The translations under genes and the position numbers were made by a program. Under the pieces are notes generated by a model, which worked only from the letters and a program-made list of their open reading frames with translations, was not told the DNA's origin and did not search any database. Shown one piece after another: positions 7,402 through 16,576 of a stretch of DNA of 32,000 nt. Each line of letters starts with the position of its first letter. Position 1 is the stretch's first letter. The stretch covers positions 1,230,001 to 1,262,000 of the forward strand of contig OW818668.1 of NCBI GenBank assembly GCA_942493105.1, in the 5' to 3' direction. The DNA comes from an uncultured Erysipelotrichaceae bacterium (GTDB lineage Bacteria > Bacillota_I > Bacilli_A > Erysipelotrichales > Erysipelotrichaceae).

Positions 7402-8895
7402 ATGCGCGGTATATTTACCACAGTTAAATTTCTCAGAAACGAAATCTTTAAAAATGTGACGGCGGCTGCTTATGAAGGCTGGTCCAAAAAAAGACTGGAA
7501 GAGATCCCTTTTGAGATGATTGAAGAAGGAAGGCCAATGTATCGCGATTCCATTCAGCGTGAACGAGAGATCATTAGAGCCCGTATTAAATTGGCGATGA
7601 ATATGGAGTTAGGAACTTCTTTTGATAAGCAATTCATCGATGAAGATCTAGAAACTTTAAAAACAAAAAAAGTAGGACAAGCTTTAGTCAATGTGATTCC
7701 TCAAGCCTGTGAAGCCTGTGAAGAGAAGAGTTTCTTTGTGACCAATGCCTGTCATGCTTGTTTGGCTCATCCTTGCATCGAAGTCTGTCCAGTGAAATGT
7801 GTCAGTATGCAAAATGGCCAAGCTTATATCGATCAAGACCTTTGTGTCAAGTGTGGACGCTGTTATGATGTGTGTCCTTATGGTTCGATCGTCAAGAATG
7901 AACGGCCATGTAATGCAGCCTGTGGGGTCAATGCGATCACCAAGGATGACCAAGAACGGGCTGTGATCGTGACTGAAAAATGTGTCAGTTGTGGGATGTG
8001 TATGGTGGCTTGTCCCTTTGGCGCCATCATGGATAAGTCTGAGATCTATCAGTTGGTAGAAGCTTTCAAAGGCGAAGATGAAGTTTGCGCGATCATTGCG
8101 CCTGCTTTCGTGGGTCAATTTGGCGATAAAGTTAGTGCCGATCAAGTGGTTGAAGGTTTACTTCAACTGGGCTTTGATGATGTTCGTGAAGTCGCTTATG
8201 GGGCGGATATCACCACAGTAGATGAAGCTAGGCATTTCTTAAAAAATGTCCCGATCGATCAGCCTTTCTTAGCGACATCCTGTTGTCCTGCATGGTTAAA
8301 GGTTGCCCAAAAAGAGTTGGGCGATAAAGCCTATTGTGTATCTAGTTCTTTATCACCGATGGTTGAAACAGCCAACTACTTAAGAAAACAATTTCCTAAG
8401 ACAAAGATCGTTATGGTTGGACCTTGTTCAGCTAAGAAATATGAAGCAGCCTATATGGATCCCAATCAAAATGTAAACTTCGTGGTAACATATGAAGAAA
8501 TCAATGCGATGTTTATTGCCAGAGGGATCGATTTAGCGACCTTGACGCCAACGCATACTTTAAATCATGCTTCTGTAGATGGTCGTGGATTTGCGATCAG
8601 CGGTGGTGTGCTCAATGCGGTCGAGAATGTCATCAAACGATTGGATCCTGATCGAGTCGTGAAAGTAGAACGTGCTGAAACATTGCACAGTTGCAGAAAG
8701 ATGTTACTGATGGCCAAAGCAGGTCGAAAAGACGGTTATCTTTTAGAAGGTATGGCTTGTCCGGGAGGTTGTGTGGGTGGTGCAGGAACCATCATTCATC
8801 AAACCAAGGCAACGGCCAACGTGACTAATTTTGCCCGATCTTCAGATAAATCTTCGGCTTTAAAAACATATGCAGAATTTAAAAAACAGGATTAA
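7402..8895 (+). CDS. [FeFe]-hydrogenase-type protein with N-terminal multi-cluster ferredoxin region and a complete H-cluster domain
   Basis: H-cluster motifs TSCCPAW (8275-8295), PCSAKKYE (8422-8445) and EGMACPGGCVGG (8746-8781). Two CxxCxxCxxxCP motifs. SD AGGAGG. Confidence 0.8.
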   Translation: MRGIFTTVKFLRNEIFKNVTAAAYEGWSKKRLEEIPFEMIEEGRPMYRDSIQREREIIRARIKLAMNMELGTSFDKQFIDEDLETLKTKKVGQALVNVIPQACEACEEKSFFVTNACHACLAHPCIEVCPVKCVSMQNGQAYIDQDLCVKCGRCYDVCPYGSIVKNERPCNAACGVNAITKDDQERAVIVTEKCVSCGMCMVACPFGAIMDKSEIYQLVEAFKGEDEVCAIIAPAFVGQFGDKVSADQVVEGLLQLGFDDVREVAYGADITTVDEARHFLKNVPIDQPFLATSCCPAWLKVAQKELGDKAYCVSSSLSPMVETANYLRKQFPKTKIVMVGPCSAKKYEAAYMDPNQNVNFVVTYEEINAMFIARGIDLATLTPTHTLNHASVDGRGFAISGGVLNAVENVIKRLDPDRVVKVERAETLHSCRKMLLMAKAGRKDGYLLEGMACPGGCVGGAGTIIHQTKATANVTNFARSSDKSSALKTYAEFKKQD

Positions 8896-8913
8896 CTGTT
8901 ACGAAAGGACCTT

Positions 8914-9831
8914 ATGAAAATACTGATTTCCGAATTGAGCCCTTTACCAAGTGATGTCAAAGAGCGCTTCAGCAATGCAGGAATAGACGTTGATTATTTG
9001 GATGATCTAAGCACTTTTGATCCATCATTGTATGATGTGATCTATGGTAGAAGACCTTTTGCGCATCATCCTTATGATGCCTTTACCAATTTAAAATTTA
9101 TTCAACTGAGTCAAGCTGGTTATGATTCAATGCCGGTTCAAAAATGGATCAGTGATGGCAAACTGATTTCCAATGCGAAAGGGGTCTTTAGTGCACCCAT
9201 CGCAGAAATGACAGTCATGCATATTTTGATGGCCATTAAACGTCAACCCGAATTGGCTGCTCAACAAAAAGACCATGTATGGAAGAAACTTGAACTTAGA
9301 GAAATGGGTTTTCTTAAAGTGCTTTTCTTAGGAACAGGCAGTATTGCAGCTGAGACAGCACTTCGTTTAAAACCTTTTGGACCTTTATTGATTGGACTCA
9401 ACACCAATGGCAGAGCTGTGGACCCTTTCAATGTGACAGGGAAAATGAGCGAAGTCACTGAGTTTTTGCGTAGTGCCGATATCGTTGTCAATACCTTGCC
9501 TTATTCGCCAGATACGCATCACATCATGAATGAAGGTTTCTTTGAGGCTCTAAAACCAGGAGCCATTATCGCCAATGTAGGTCGCGGTAAGACGGTCGAT
9601 GAAGCTGCTTTATTGAAAGCGTTGGAGACGGATCAGATTTCATTTACCTATCTGGATGTGTTTGAAACAGAACCTTTAGATGCGAATAGTCCTTTATGGA
9701 GTCATCCTAAAGTTATGATCACCCCACATAATTCAAATTCTGGCCAACTTACTAAAGAGCGAAACTATACTAATTTTATCAACAACATCCAACATTATCT
9801 TGCGGGAGAACCTTTAGAGAATCAGCTATGA
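8914..9831 (+). CDS. D-isomer-specific 2-hydroxyacid dehydrogenase family protein
   Basis: GTGSIA dinucleotide fold. NVGRG, DVFETEP and TPHNS carry the catalytic Arg/Glu/His. Confidence 0.85.
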   Translation: MKILISELSPLPSDVKERFSNAGIDVDYLDDLSTFDPSLYDVIYGRRPFAHHPYDAFTNLKFIQLSQAGYDSMPVQKWISDGKLISNAKGVFSAPIAEMTVMHILMAIKRQPELAAQQKDHVWKKLELREMGFLKVLFLGTGSIAAETALRLKPFGPLLIGLNTNGRAVDPFNVTGKMSEVTEFLRSADIVVNTLPYSPDTHHIMNEGFFEALKPGAIIANVGRGKTVDEAALLKALETDQISFTYLDVFETEPLDANSPLWSHPKVMITPHNSNSGQLTKERNYTNFINNIQHYLAGEPLENQL

Positions 9832-10307
9832 ATGATGAAGAAACCCATCAACTAAAACGATTGATCCAAACCTATGAGAATGATTTCATCGGAGTCGATC
9901 AAATCAGTCTCTTGGCTTGTTTAAAAGAGATACAGGCTCAATACGGCATCATTCCTTATGAAGCAATCGATATGATGTGTCAACAACTCAAGACTTCGCC
10001 TGCCATCTTAAAAGGTTTGATTTTAAGAAGTCCTAGTCTAAGAACTGAAACAAAGGTGCATACGATCACTTTATGTAACGGAGAACGGTGTTCAAATAGG
10101 GGAGCTGTTGCCTTCATTCAAAGTGTTGAGAAAGCACTGGATTGTAAAGTGGGCTCAAAAACAAAAGACGGACGGTTTGAACTTAAGACACAACGTTGTC
10201 TGCATCGCTGTGAATTTGGGGTCAATCTCAACATCGATGCAACAGAATACACGAAGATGGATCTCGAAAAATTGCTCATCGCCATCAAAAACATCAAAGA
10301 TCATTAA
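9828..10307 (+). CDS. NuoE/HndA/HydC-type thioredoxin-like [2Fe-2S] ferredoxin
   Basis: Cys spacing counted in the translation is exactly C-x4-C-x35-C-x3-C. 4-nt ATGA overlap with the upstream gene. Confidence 0.75.
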   Translation: MNDEETHQLKRLIQTYENDFIGVDQISLLACLKEIQAQYGIIPYEAIDMMCQQLKTSPAILKGLILRSPSLRTETKVHTITLCNGERCSNRGAVAFIQSVEKALDCKVGSKTKDGRFELKTQRCLHRCEFGVNLNIDATEYTKMDLEKLLIAIKNIKDH

Positions 10308-10308
10308 T

Positions 10309-10326
10309 AACGCACGAAAGTGCGTT
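10309..10326 (+). terminator. hairpin after the hydrogenase operon (short U-tract)
   Basis: AACGCAC-gaaa-GTGCGTT followed by TTTCAT. Confidence 0.45.
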
Positions 10327-10335
10327 TCATATGAG

Positions 10336-10363
10336 TTGACATCTATATTATATTTGATAAAAT
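10336..10363 (+). promoter_or_regulatory. sigma-A-type promoter of gpx-ohrR (TTGACA-16-TAAAAT)
   Basis: TTGACA at 10336-10341 and TAAAAT at 10358-10363. Confidence 0.5.
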
Positions 10364-10372
10364 TAAATTGTA
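10358..10372. promoter_or_regulatory. OhrR-type operator-like AT-rich inverted repeat TAAAATTAAATTGTA
   Basis: One mismatch from the TACAATT-A-AATTGTA form I recall for the B. subtilis ohrA operator. It overlaps the -10. Confidence 0.5.
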
Positions 10373-10394
10373 TAAAATATAAAAAGGAACCCAT

Positions 10395-10874
<480 letters not shown>

Positions 10875-10890
10875 GCCAATAAGGTGCAGT

Positions 10891-11316
10891 ATGAACGATG
10901 ATGCGCTGAAGCTTCAAAATCAGTTATGTTTTCCGCTGTATGCCTTATCTAAAGAAATTATAAAAAAATATACCCCGCTTTTAGATGAACTTCATTTGAC
11001 CTATACCCAGTATTTGGTCATGATGGTCATGTGGGAACATAAAACGATCAACGTCAAAGCCTTAGGTGAACGCTTGTATCTGGATTCTGGGACATTGACA
11101 CCTTTGCTTAAAAAACTTGAAGCTCAACATCTAGTAAGTCGTCAAAGAGACGTCAGTGATGAACGAAGCGTCATCATCCAAATCACAGAATCAGGTCTCT
11201 TGCTTAAAGAAAAGGCCAGTGATATTCCTAAAACGATCGGCTCAAGTTTTAATCTAAGTGAAGATGACCTTATGCAGCTTTATTTGATCATCCATAAGCT
11301 ATTAAAACAACTATAA
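10891..11316 (+). CDS. ohrR: MarR family regulator, OhrR-like
   Basis: N-terminal LQNQLCFPLYA carries the sensing Cys. Winged-helix core LTYTQYLVMMVMWE...LDSGTLTPLLKKLE. Confidence 0.75.
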   Translation: MNDDALKLQNQLCFPLYALSKEIIKKYTPLLDELHLTYTQYLVMMVMWEHKTINVKALGERLYLDSGTLTPLLKKLEAQHLVSRQRDVSDERSVIIQITESGLLLKEKASDIPKTIGSSFNLSEDDLMQLYLIIHKLLKQL

Positions 11317-11352
11317 AAAAGTCTCTGATGATGATCAGAGACTTTTATTTTT
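11317..11352. terminator. bidirectional intrinsic terminator (ohrR / dedA)
   Basis: AAAAGTCTCTGAT-gatg-ATCAGAGACTTTT, 13-bp stem, with A-run and T-run flanks. It spans the dedA stop codon. Confidence 0.75.
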
Positions 11353-11952
11353 ACTATTTTTATGAACAAGATAACCAATCAGTGAAAGTCCAATGATGGC
11401 CAATATCACGTAGGTAAAGGTCGAATAAACATCCATAAAGGCTAAGATCTCTTCCCATTTATCTCCTAAGATGGCCCCTGCATAAACCAAAGCTGTGTTC
11501 CAAATCAAGGTTCCAATGGTGGTATAGAAGAAGAAAGTCTTACGGTTCATTTTTGCCATACCGGCAGGAATAGAAATCAAACTTCTCAAGACAGGGATCA
11601 TCCTACAGATAAATACGGCCAAAGTCCCACGTTTATCAAACCATGTTTTTGCGCGATGAATATCTTCAACTTTTAAACGCAAGATTTTTCCATATTTCTC
11701 AACAAATTTTTCAATCGTTTCTACTGGGAAGAAATGTCCAAGTTCATATAAGAGCCAAGCTCCAAAAACAGCCCCTAATGTCGCACTTAAAATGACACCA
11801 GGTACACTTAATGAAGTCGTGGTGGTCATAAATCCACCAAAGGTCAAGATCAATTCTGATGGGATAGGCGGAAAGATATTTTCAACCAGGATCATCAAAA
11901 AGACGCCGATGTATCCAAATTGTTCCATAAATGCGATGATCCAAGCTTCCAT
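11335..11952 (-). CDS. DedA/SNARE-associated family membrane protein
   Basis: VENIFPPIPSE and RMIPVLRSLISIPAG motifs. SD AGGGAG. Confidence 0.85.
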   Translation of the reverse strand: MEAWIIAFMEQFGYIGVFLMILVENIFPPIPSELILTFGGFMTTTTSLSVPGVILSATLGAVFGAWLLYELGHFFPVETIEKFVEKYGKILRLKVEDIHRAKTWFDKRGTLAVFICRMIPVLRSLISIPAGMAKMNRKTFFFYTTIGTLIWNTALVYAGAILGDKWEEILAFMDVYSTFTYVILAIIGLSLIGYLVHKNSKNKSL

Positions 11953-12023
11953 GAGTGCTCCCTTATTTTGTCATGACTTATTCTTACATGATGGGTGTTG
12001 CTTGTCAAGGGACGATGAAGCGT

Positions 12024-12042
12024 TAAAAAAAGCCGGTTGGCT
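12024..12042 (-). terminator. possible weak terminator after the GNAT gene
   Basis: The minus strand reads AGCC-aacc-GGCT followed by T7. The stem is only 4 bp. Confidence 0.3.
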
Positions 12043-12072
12043 AAATGAATTCATGAACTAAAATAAACATGC

Positions 12073-12612
12073 TTACTCAAAATCGGGATTCAACTTCTCC
12101 AACATGACGATATCACGCCATTCTCCTTGAATCTTCTCGTGTTTTTTCATCAGTCCAACCAATGTATAACCGACTTGCTGGGCTTTTGCAATGGCAGTTT
12201 CATTGGTGCTCAAAAAAGTAACGGTTGCTTTTCGATAGCCATATTCTTTGAAAGCAAGGTTCGTTGCTCGAGTCAGGATCCTACTGCTCAAACCTTGACC
12301 ACAAAGTTTTCGGTCTACTGAATAACTGATGTCGCATGCATGTTGATGCGGTTCAAAGACACATGCAATCTTGACGACTCCAATCATTTTTCGATCTTCT
12401 GAAATTACAGATAAGCGATAAGCAATCTTACGATCGGCCTCTATGATCGAACGCAACAATCGTATTCGTTGAGACTGCATGGAAAAGTCAAGATCTCCTG
12501 GATCAAAATTTTGTTCATGCTGAAAACGATTGTCGTTGTAGTACTTATATATGTCTTCCAAAGTCATGTCATGCATTGGCACTAGATAGATGTTTGAGAG
12601 TGGTTTCCCCAT
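12073..12612 (-). CDS. GNAT family N-acetyltransferase (RimJ/RimL-like)
   Basis: V..KLCGQGLSSRIL matches the acetyl-CoA motif Q/RxxGxG/A. The fold pattern is typical of the family. Confidence 0.8.
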   Translation of the reverse strand: MGKPLSNIYLVPMHDMTLEDIYKYYNDNRFQHEQNFDPGDLDFSMQSQRIRLLRSIIEADRKIAYRLSVISEDRKMIGVVKIACVFEPHQHACDISYSVDRKLCGQGLSSRILTRATNLAFKEYGYRKATVTFLSTNETAIAKAQQVGYTLVGLMKKHEKIQGEWRDIVMLEKLNPDFE

Positions 12613-12733
12613 AAATGTCCCCTGACAATATCTATTGTATCGTATTGTGAAAAAAACTCAATTCAAAACTATAGAAAAGTGGTTCTTGGTGTAAATGATG
12701 TCCAATTCTGTGGTCTATTATGCGCTAATCGTC

Positions 12734-12739
12734 TATAAT
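12734..12739 (+). promoter_or_regulatory. -10 box TATAAT upstream of the pyrophosphatase operon
   Basis: TATAAT lies 21 nt before the ATG with SD GAGGAAG in between. The -35 is weak. Confidence 0.4.
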
Positions 12740-12760
12740 AAGGTTAAGTGAGGAAGAATT

Positions 12761-14401
12761 ATGCTCAATACGAACCAAGCCATCCATGTGACGGGGCACA
12801 AGCATCCAGATTCAGATACGATTTGTTCAGCGATTGCTTATGCCAATCTTAAACGTAAACAAGGTCTAGAAGCCATTGCTTGCCGTTTAGGCGAAGTTAA
12901 TCATGAAACAAGATATATCTTAGAACGCTTTGGATTTGATGAACCTAAAGTCTTAAGTGATGCCAGAATGACCTTATCTGAGATCGATCTGGATGAACCG
13001 GTCACCATATCTCCAGAGACGACGATCTTTGAAGCTTGGCAAATCATCCAAAATGAAAAGAGGGCCTTGGTCGTTGTCGATCAGGACCAAAAAGTATTAG
13101 GCTTGGTCACCAATTCTAATTTATCTTCCATAGCTATGGGCGATACGGCCAAGAGTATTGAACTCCTGCAAAAAACACCGATCAGTTATATTGCGCAAAC
13201 TTTAAAAGGAACTTTAGTGTATGAACCCGAGACCCCTCGTCTCAACGGGAAAGTTTCCATCATCGCAGTGGCTGAACATAAGCTAGAAAACTATGAATTA
13301 TCAGATCGTACCGTTATCTTAGGCAATGATACTGAAGCTCAACTTCAAGCCATTGAGAAGAATGCAGCCTGTTTGGTGGTCGTATGGAGCGATAAAATAT
13401 CGCCTGACGTTATCGCAAAAGCCAAAGAAAAAGGCTGTGCCATCATCATCTCAGGCCATGGTACTTTAAATACATCACGTTATCTTTATTACTCAACACC
13501 AGTCAGATTTATTATGAGCACTGATCTTTTATCCTTTCAAAGAAGTGAATATGTAGATGATGTCTTGGCTAAACTATTGAAGTCACGCTACAGATCTTAT
13601 CCGGTCCTTGATGAGAAACGTCATGTCTATGGTTTGATTTCACGTTTCCATTTACTTAATGCCCGTAAAAAGAAAATCATCTTGGTCGATCATAATGAAG
13701 TTTCACAATCCGTTGATGCGGTCTTAGAGAGCGATCTTTTAGAAGTCATCGATCATCATCGTATCGGAGACATCACGACGTCTAAACCGATCATGTTTAG
13801 AAATCAGCTGGTAGGATCGACCTGTACGATCATTGCCCAGCTTTATGATGAAGCCCGTGTTCCGCTGGATGGTAAAATGGCAGGTTTATTGTGTGCCGCC
13901 ATCATTTCAGATACCCTGAATTTTAAATCACCGACCACGACTCAAACCGACATCAATACTGGTCAACGTTTAGCTCGCATCGCCCAACTCAATACCGAAG
14001 ATTTGGCAAAAGATCTCTTTACCCACGGTTCTGGTTTAAAAGACAAATCAATTGAAGACATCATTGAGAACGACATCAAGGAGTTTACCTTAGGCAAATA
14101 TAAGGTCATGGTTGGACAAATGTCTTTGTATGATGTGGAAGTCATCGAACCGATTCGTGTTGAACTGATCAAAGGTATGCAGGCCTATGCGAATGATAAA
14201 CGACTGGATGTGTTGATCCTGCTGTTTACAGGACTTGAAAACAATAAGTCGGCAATTCTCTATGCCGGTAAAGAAAGCTGGATCGCAACCGATGCCTTTG
14301 ATGGGCTGTCCAATGATAAACTGGTCTATTATGATGTAATTTCTCGTAAGAAACAAGTCATGCCTAGACTATCAGCCATCATCGATGAGAACGGACACTA
14401 A
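12761..14401 (+). CDS. family II (DHH/DHHA2) inorganic pyrophosphatase with inserted CBS-pair regulatory region
   Basis: HKHPDSDTICSAIAYA, LVDHNE and IDHHRIGD motifs, CBS-like repeats between them, and a DHHA2-like C-terminus. Confidence 0.85.
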   Translation: MLNTNQAIHVTGHKHPDSDTICSAIAYANLKRKQGLEAIACRLGEVNHETRYILERFGFDEPKVLSDARMTLSEIDLDEPVTISPETTIFEAWQIIQNEKRALVVVDQDQKVLGLVTNSNLSSIAMGDTAKSIELLQKTPISYIAQTLKGTLVYEPETPRLNGKVSIIAVAEHKLENYELSDRTVILGNDTEAQLQAIEKNAACLVVVWSDKISPDVIAKAKEKGCAIIISGHGTLNTSRYLYYSTPVRFIMSTDLLSFQRSEYVDDVLAKLLKSRYRSYPVLDEKRHVYGLISRFHLLNARKKKIILVDHNEVSQSVDAVLESDLLEVIDHHRIGDITTSKPIMFRNQLVGSTCTIIAQLYDEARVPLDGKMAGLLCAAIISDTLNFKSPTTTQTDINTGQRLARIAQLNTEDLAKDLFTHGSGLKDKSIEDIIENDIKEFTLGKYKVMVGQMSLYDVEVIEPIRVELIKGMQAYANDKRLDVLILLFTGLENNKSAILYAGKESWIATDAFDGLSNDKLVYYDVISRKKQVMPRLSAIIDENGH

Positions 14402-14402
14402 T

Positions 14403-15389
14403 ATGAAACTCGCAACTGTAGGGACATCATTCATTACCGATCGTTTTATTCAAGCAGCTCAAAAAGAAGGCTCATTTGAAGTAGATACCGTATTTTCAAG
14501 AACGGCTCAAAAAGCACAGGTTCTCGCAGATAAATTCAATATCCCGCATATCCAAAGTGATTGGCAAGCCTTGCTTTCAGATCCACAAATCGATGTGGTT
14601 TATTTAGCGACCCCCAATGATACGCATTTCTCATTGGCCAAAGATCTCTTATTGGCTAAAAAACATGTGATCGTAGAAAAGCCTTTTGTCTCAGACATCG
14701 CAGAATTCAAAGAAATCATGAGTCTTTCTAAAAGTGTAGAACGATATGTATTTGATGCGATCATTCCGGTTCATTTACCTAACTTCAAGACCCTCAAACA
14801 AGCCGTTAAACTGATCGGAAGAATCAGCCTGTGTCAATTCTCGATGGTTCAGCGTTCATCGCGCTATGCAGCTTTGCTTGCCAATGAAGATCCAGCTATT
14901 TTTTCACTTGAGCATTCAGGGGGAGCTTTGATGGATCTGGGTGTTTATCCCATTACCCTGTGTGTTGGAACCTTTGGGAGTCCACAAAGTGTGACTTATC
15001 AATGCAACAAATACTCCAATGGGATCGATCTCTCTGGCGTCATCACGCTAAGATATGATGGATTTATTGCGGAGGCTTCTATCGCAAAAGATTCAACAGG
15101 TTTAAACTTTATGAGTATCGGTGGCGATAAAGCCCATATTCAAGCTGAAAAATCACCATCGATGTTGTCTCAAATCCTTTTGGTAGAATCCAATAAATCA
15201 ACTGAATTGGGTTCTATGCAAGATGAATTGACCATGGTTTATGAAATCAAAGATTTCTATCAGGTCATCATGAATCAAGACAACCACAAATATGAAGAAT
15301 GGATGGCCATTACCGAAAAAACCATCTTGGTCCTTGATGAGTGCCGTAAGCATGCGAATATTGTTTTTAAGGCCGATGGTGTAAAATAA
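14403..15389 (+). CDS. Gfo/Idh/MocA family oxidoreductase
   Basis: MKLATVGTSFI..., YLATPNDTHF and VIVEKPF. Start moved to ATG 14403, 1 nt after the upstream stop. Confidence 0.8.
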   Translation: MKLATVGTSFITDRFIQAAQKEGSFEVDTVFSRTAQKAQVLADKFNIPHIQSDWQALLSDPQIDVVYLATPNDTHFSLAKDLLLAKKHVIVEKPFVSDIAEFKEIMSLSKSVERYVFDAIIPVHLPNFKTLKQAVKLIGRISLCQFSMVQRSSRYAALLANEDPAIFSLEHSGGALMDLGVYPITLCVGTFGSPQSVTYQCNKYSNGIDLSGVITLRYDGFIAEASIAKDSTGLNFMSIGGDKAHIQAEKSPSMLSQILLVESNKSTELGSMQDELTMVYEIKDFYQVIMNQDNHKYEEWMAITEKTILVLDECRKHANIVFKADGVK

Positions 15390-15393
15390 GGGC

Positions 15394-16134
15394 ATGAAAC
15401 TGATCATCTCTAAAGACGCAGAACACTGCGCCGCAATGGTTGCCCATCTGATCGAAGGCCAACTTAAACAAAAACCCAGTTCTTGGATTGCTTTACCATA
15501 TAGTCCTACTTTTAAACGGGTCTATGATCATTTGGTTATGGCTTTTCAAGACAAAGAAGTGGATTTTTCTAAAGCACATTTTATTGGGATCTCTGAAATC
15601 GTACGTTGCGAGCACTGTATCAGTTTAAAAGAACAAATTACTGAACGTTTCTTAAAACCTTGCGGAATAGATGTAGATCATATTCATTTCTTTGATCCAG
15701 AGGATTTAAATCAAACTGCCACGGTATTCAATCAATTCTTAGATATGATCGATCCCATCGATCTATTGATCACCACGATTGGGACCGATGGTCATATCGC
15801 CAACAATTCAGCAGCCGATGCACTGTCACCTCGGATCCATATGGATACCATCAGTGATGCGACACGTCAAAGCATGGTCGTTGATTATGATGATCTAAGT
15901 GAAGTTCCTACTCAAATCTTGACCTTTGGGATCCAAGATCTGCTTCGTGCTCGCAAAGTCATCGTTATGGCTGCCGGCAGAAACAAATCTTCTGTCGTTA
16001 AGCAACTCTTAAACACAAAAAAAATATCGACAGGATTTCCTGCATCGATGATCTTACTTCATACCAACGCCATCTTAGCGATCGATGCGGAAGCTGCATC
16101 TGAATCAGATGTTTCGATGCCTAAGTTTGAATAG
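15394..16134 (+). CDS. glucosamine-6-phosphate deaminase/6-phosphogluconolactonase-fold protein, divergent
   Basis: TTIGTDGHIANN resembles NagB GxGxDGHIAFNEP, but other catalytic positions differ (see findings). Confidence 0.6.
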   Translation: MKLIISKDAEHCAAMVAHLIEGQLKQKPSSWIALPYSPTFKRVYDHLVMAFQDKEVDFSKAHFIGISEIVRCEHCISLKEQITERFLKPCGIDVDHIHFFDPEDLNQTATVFNQFLDMIDPIDLLITTIGTDGHIANNSAADALSPRIHMDTISDATRQSMVVDYDDLSEVPTQILTFGIQDLLRARKVIVMAAGRNKSSVVKQLLNTKKISTGFPASMILLHTNAILAIDAEAASESDVSMPKFE

Positions 16135-16510
16135 GAAAGAATGTTTTTAGTTTTTCTAAATAAGGTCGATTATGAGGAATCCATGCTAAAGCATCGACTT
16201 CCTCTTTTTTTATCAGTTTCATTTGATCATAGATCGTTGGATCAAATTCATCGCATAAAGTCGTGTAAAACCAAGTCAAATGAAGTGGACCAGCAGGCGT
16301 TATGACCTCATAATCAAACATGGCACTTGCGGTATCGACTTTGACTTTGCCTTCTTCCCAAATTTCACGTACCAAAGCTTCGATCAAGTTTTCATCACCT
16401 TCTACTTTTCCACCCGGACATTCCCAATAGCCTTTAAAAGGGTCACTTAAACGCTGACCGACTAAGAGTCTATCTTGGATGAATATGGCTGCGATCACGA
16501 CGTCTCTCAT
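16121..16510 (-). CDS. Nudix hydrolase (MutT-like)
   Basis: Nudix box GGKVEGDENLIEALVREIWEEGKV. The 3' end overlaps the convergent NagB-like gene by 14 nt. Confidence 0.85.
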   Translation of the reverse strand: MRDVVIAAIFIQDRLLVGQRLSDPFKGYWECPGGKVEGDENLIEALVREIWEEGKVKVDTASAMFDYEVITPAGPLHLTWFYTTLCDEFDPTIYDQMKLIKKEEVDALAWIPHNRPYLEKLKTFFPIQT

Positions 16511-16516
16511 AGAGTA

Positions 16517-16525
16517 AGCATAACA
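16517..16525 (-). promoter_or_regulatory. extended -10 (TGtTATGCT) 6 nt upstream of the Nudix ATG
   Basis: The minus strand reads aaataTGtTATGCT-tactct-ATG. There is no SD. Confidence 0.4.
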
Positions 16526-16529
16526 TATT

Positions 16530-16558
16530 TTGTGTCAAGCTTAAGACTATGGTAAACT
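16530..16558 (+). promoter_or_regulatory. promoter of the HAD / CBS pair (TTGTGT-17-TGgTAAACT)
   Basis: The extended -10 at 16550-16558 is followed by a short leader with SD AAGGAAA. Confidence 0.5.
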
Positions 16559-16576
16559 GAAACCAAGGAAAAACAT

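Noticed and set aside
7684-8145. Long antisense ORFs inside confidently assigned genes. Examples are 7684-8145 (minus) in the hydrogenase gene, 24058-24486 (minus) and 24900-25175 (minus) in the GGDEF gene, 21674-22018 (plus) in gcvT and 854-1126 (minus) in the yutG-like gene.
   Set aside because: Each lies fully within a gene whose product has clear family signatures on the other strand. Their translations are low-complexity or odd in composition, with no SD or promoter. They are treated as shadow ORFs.
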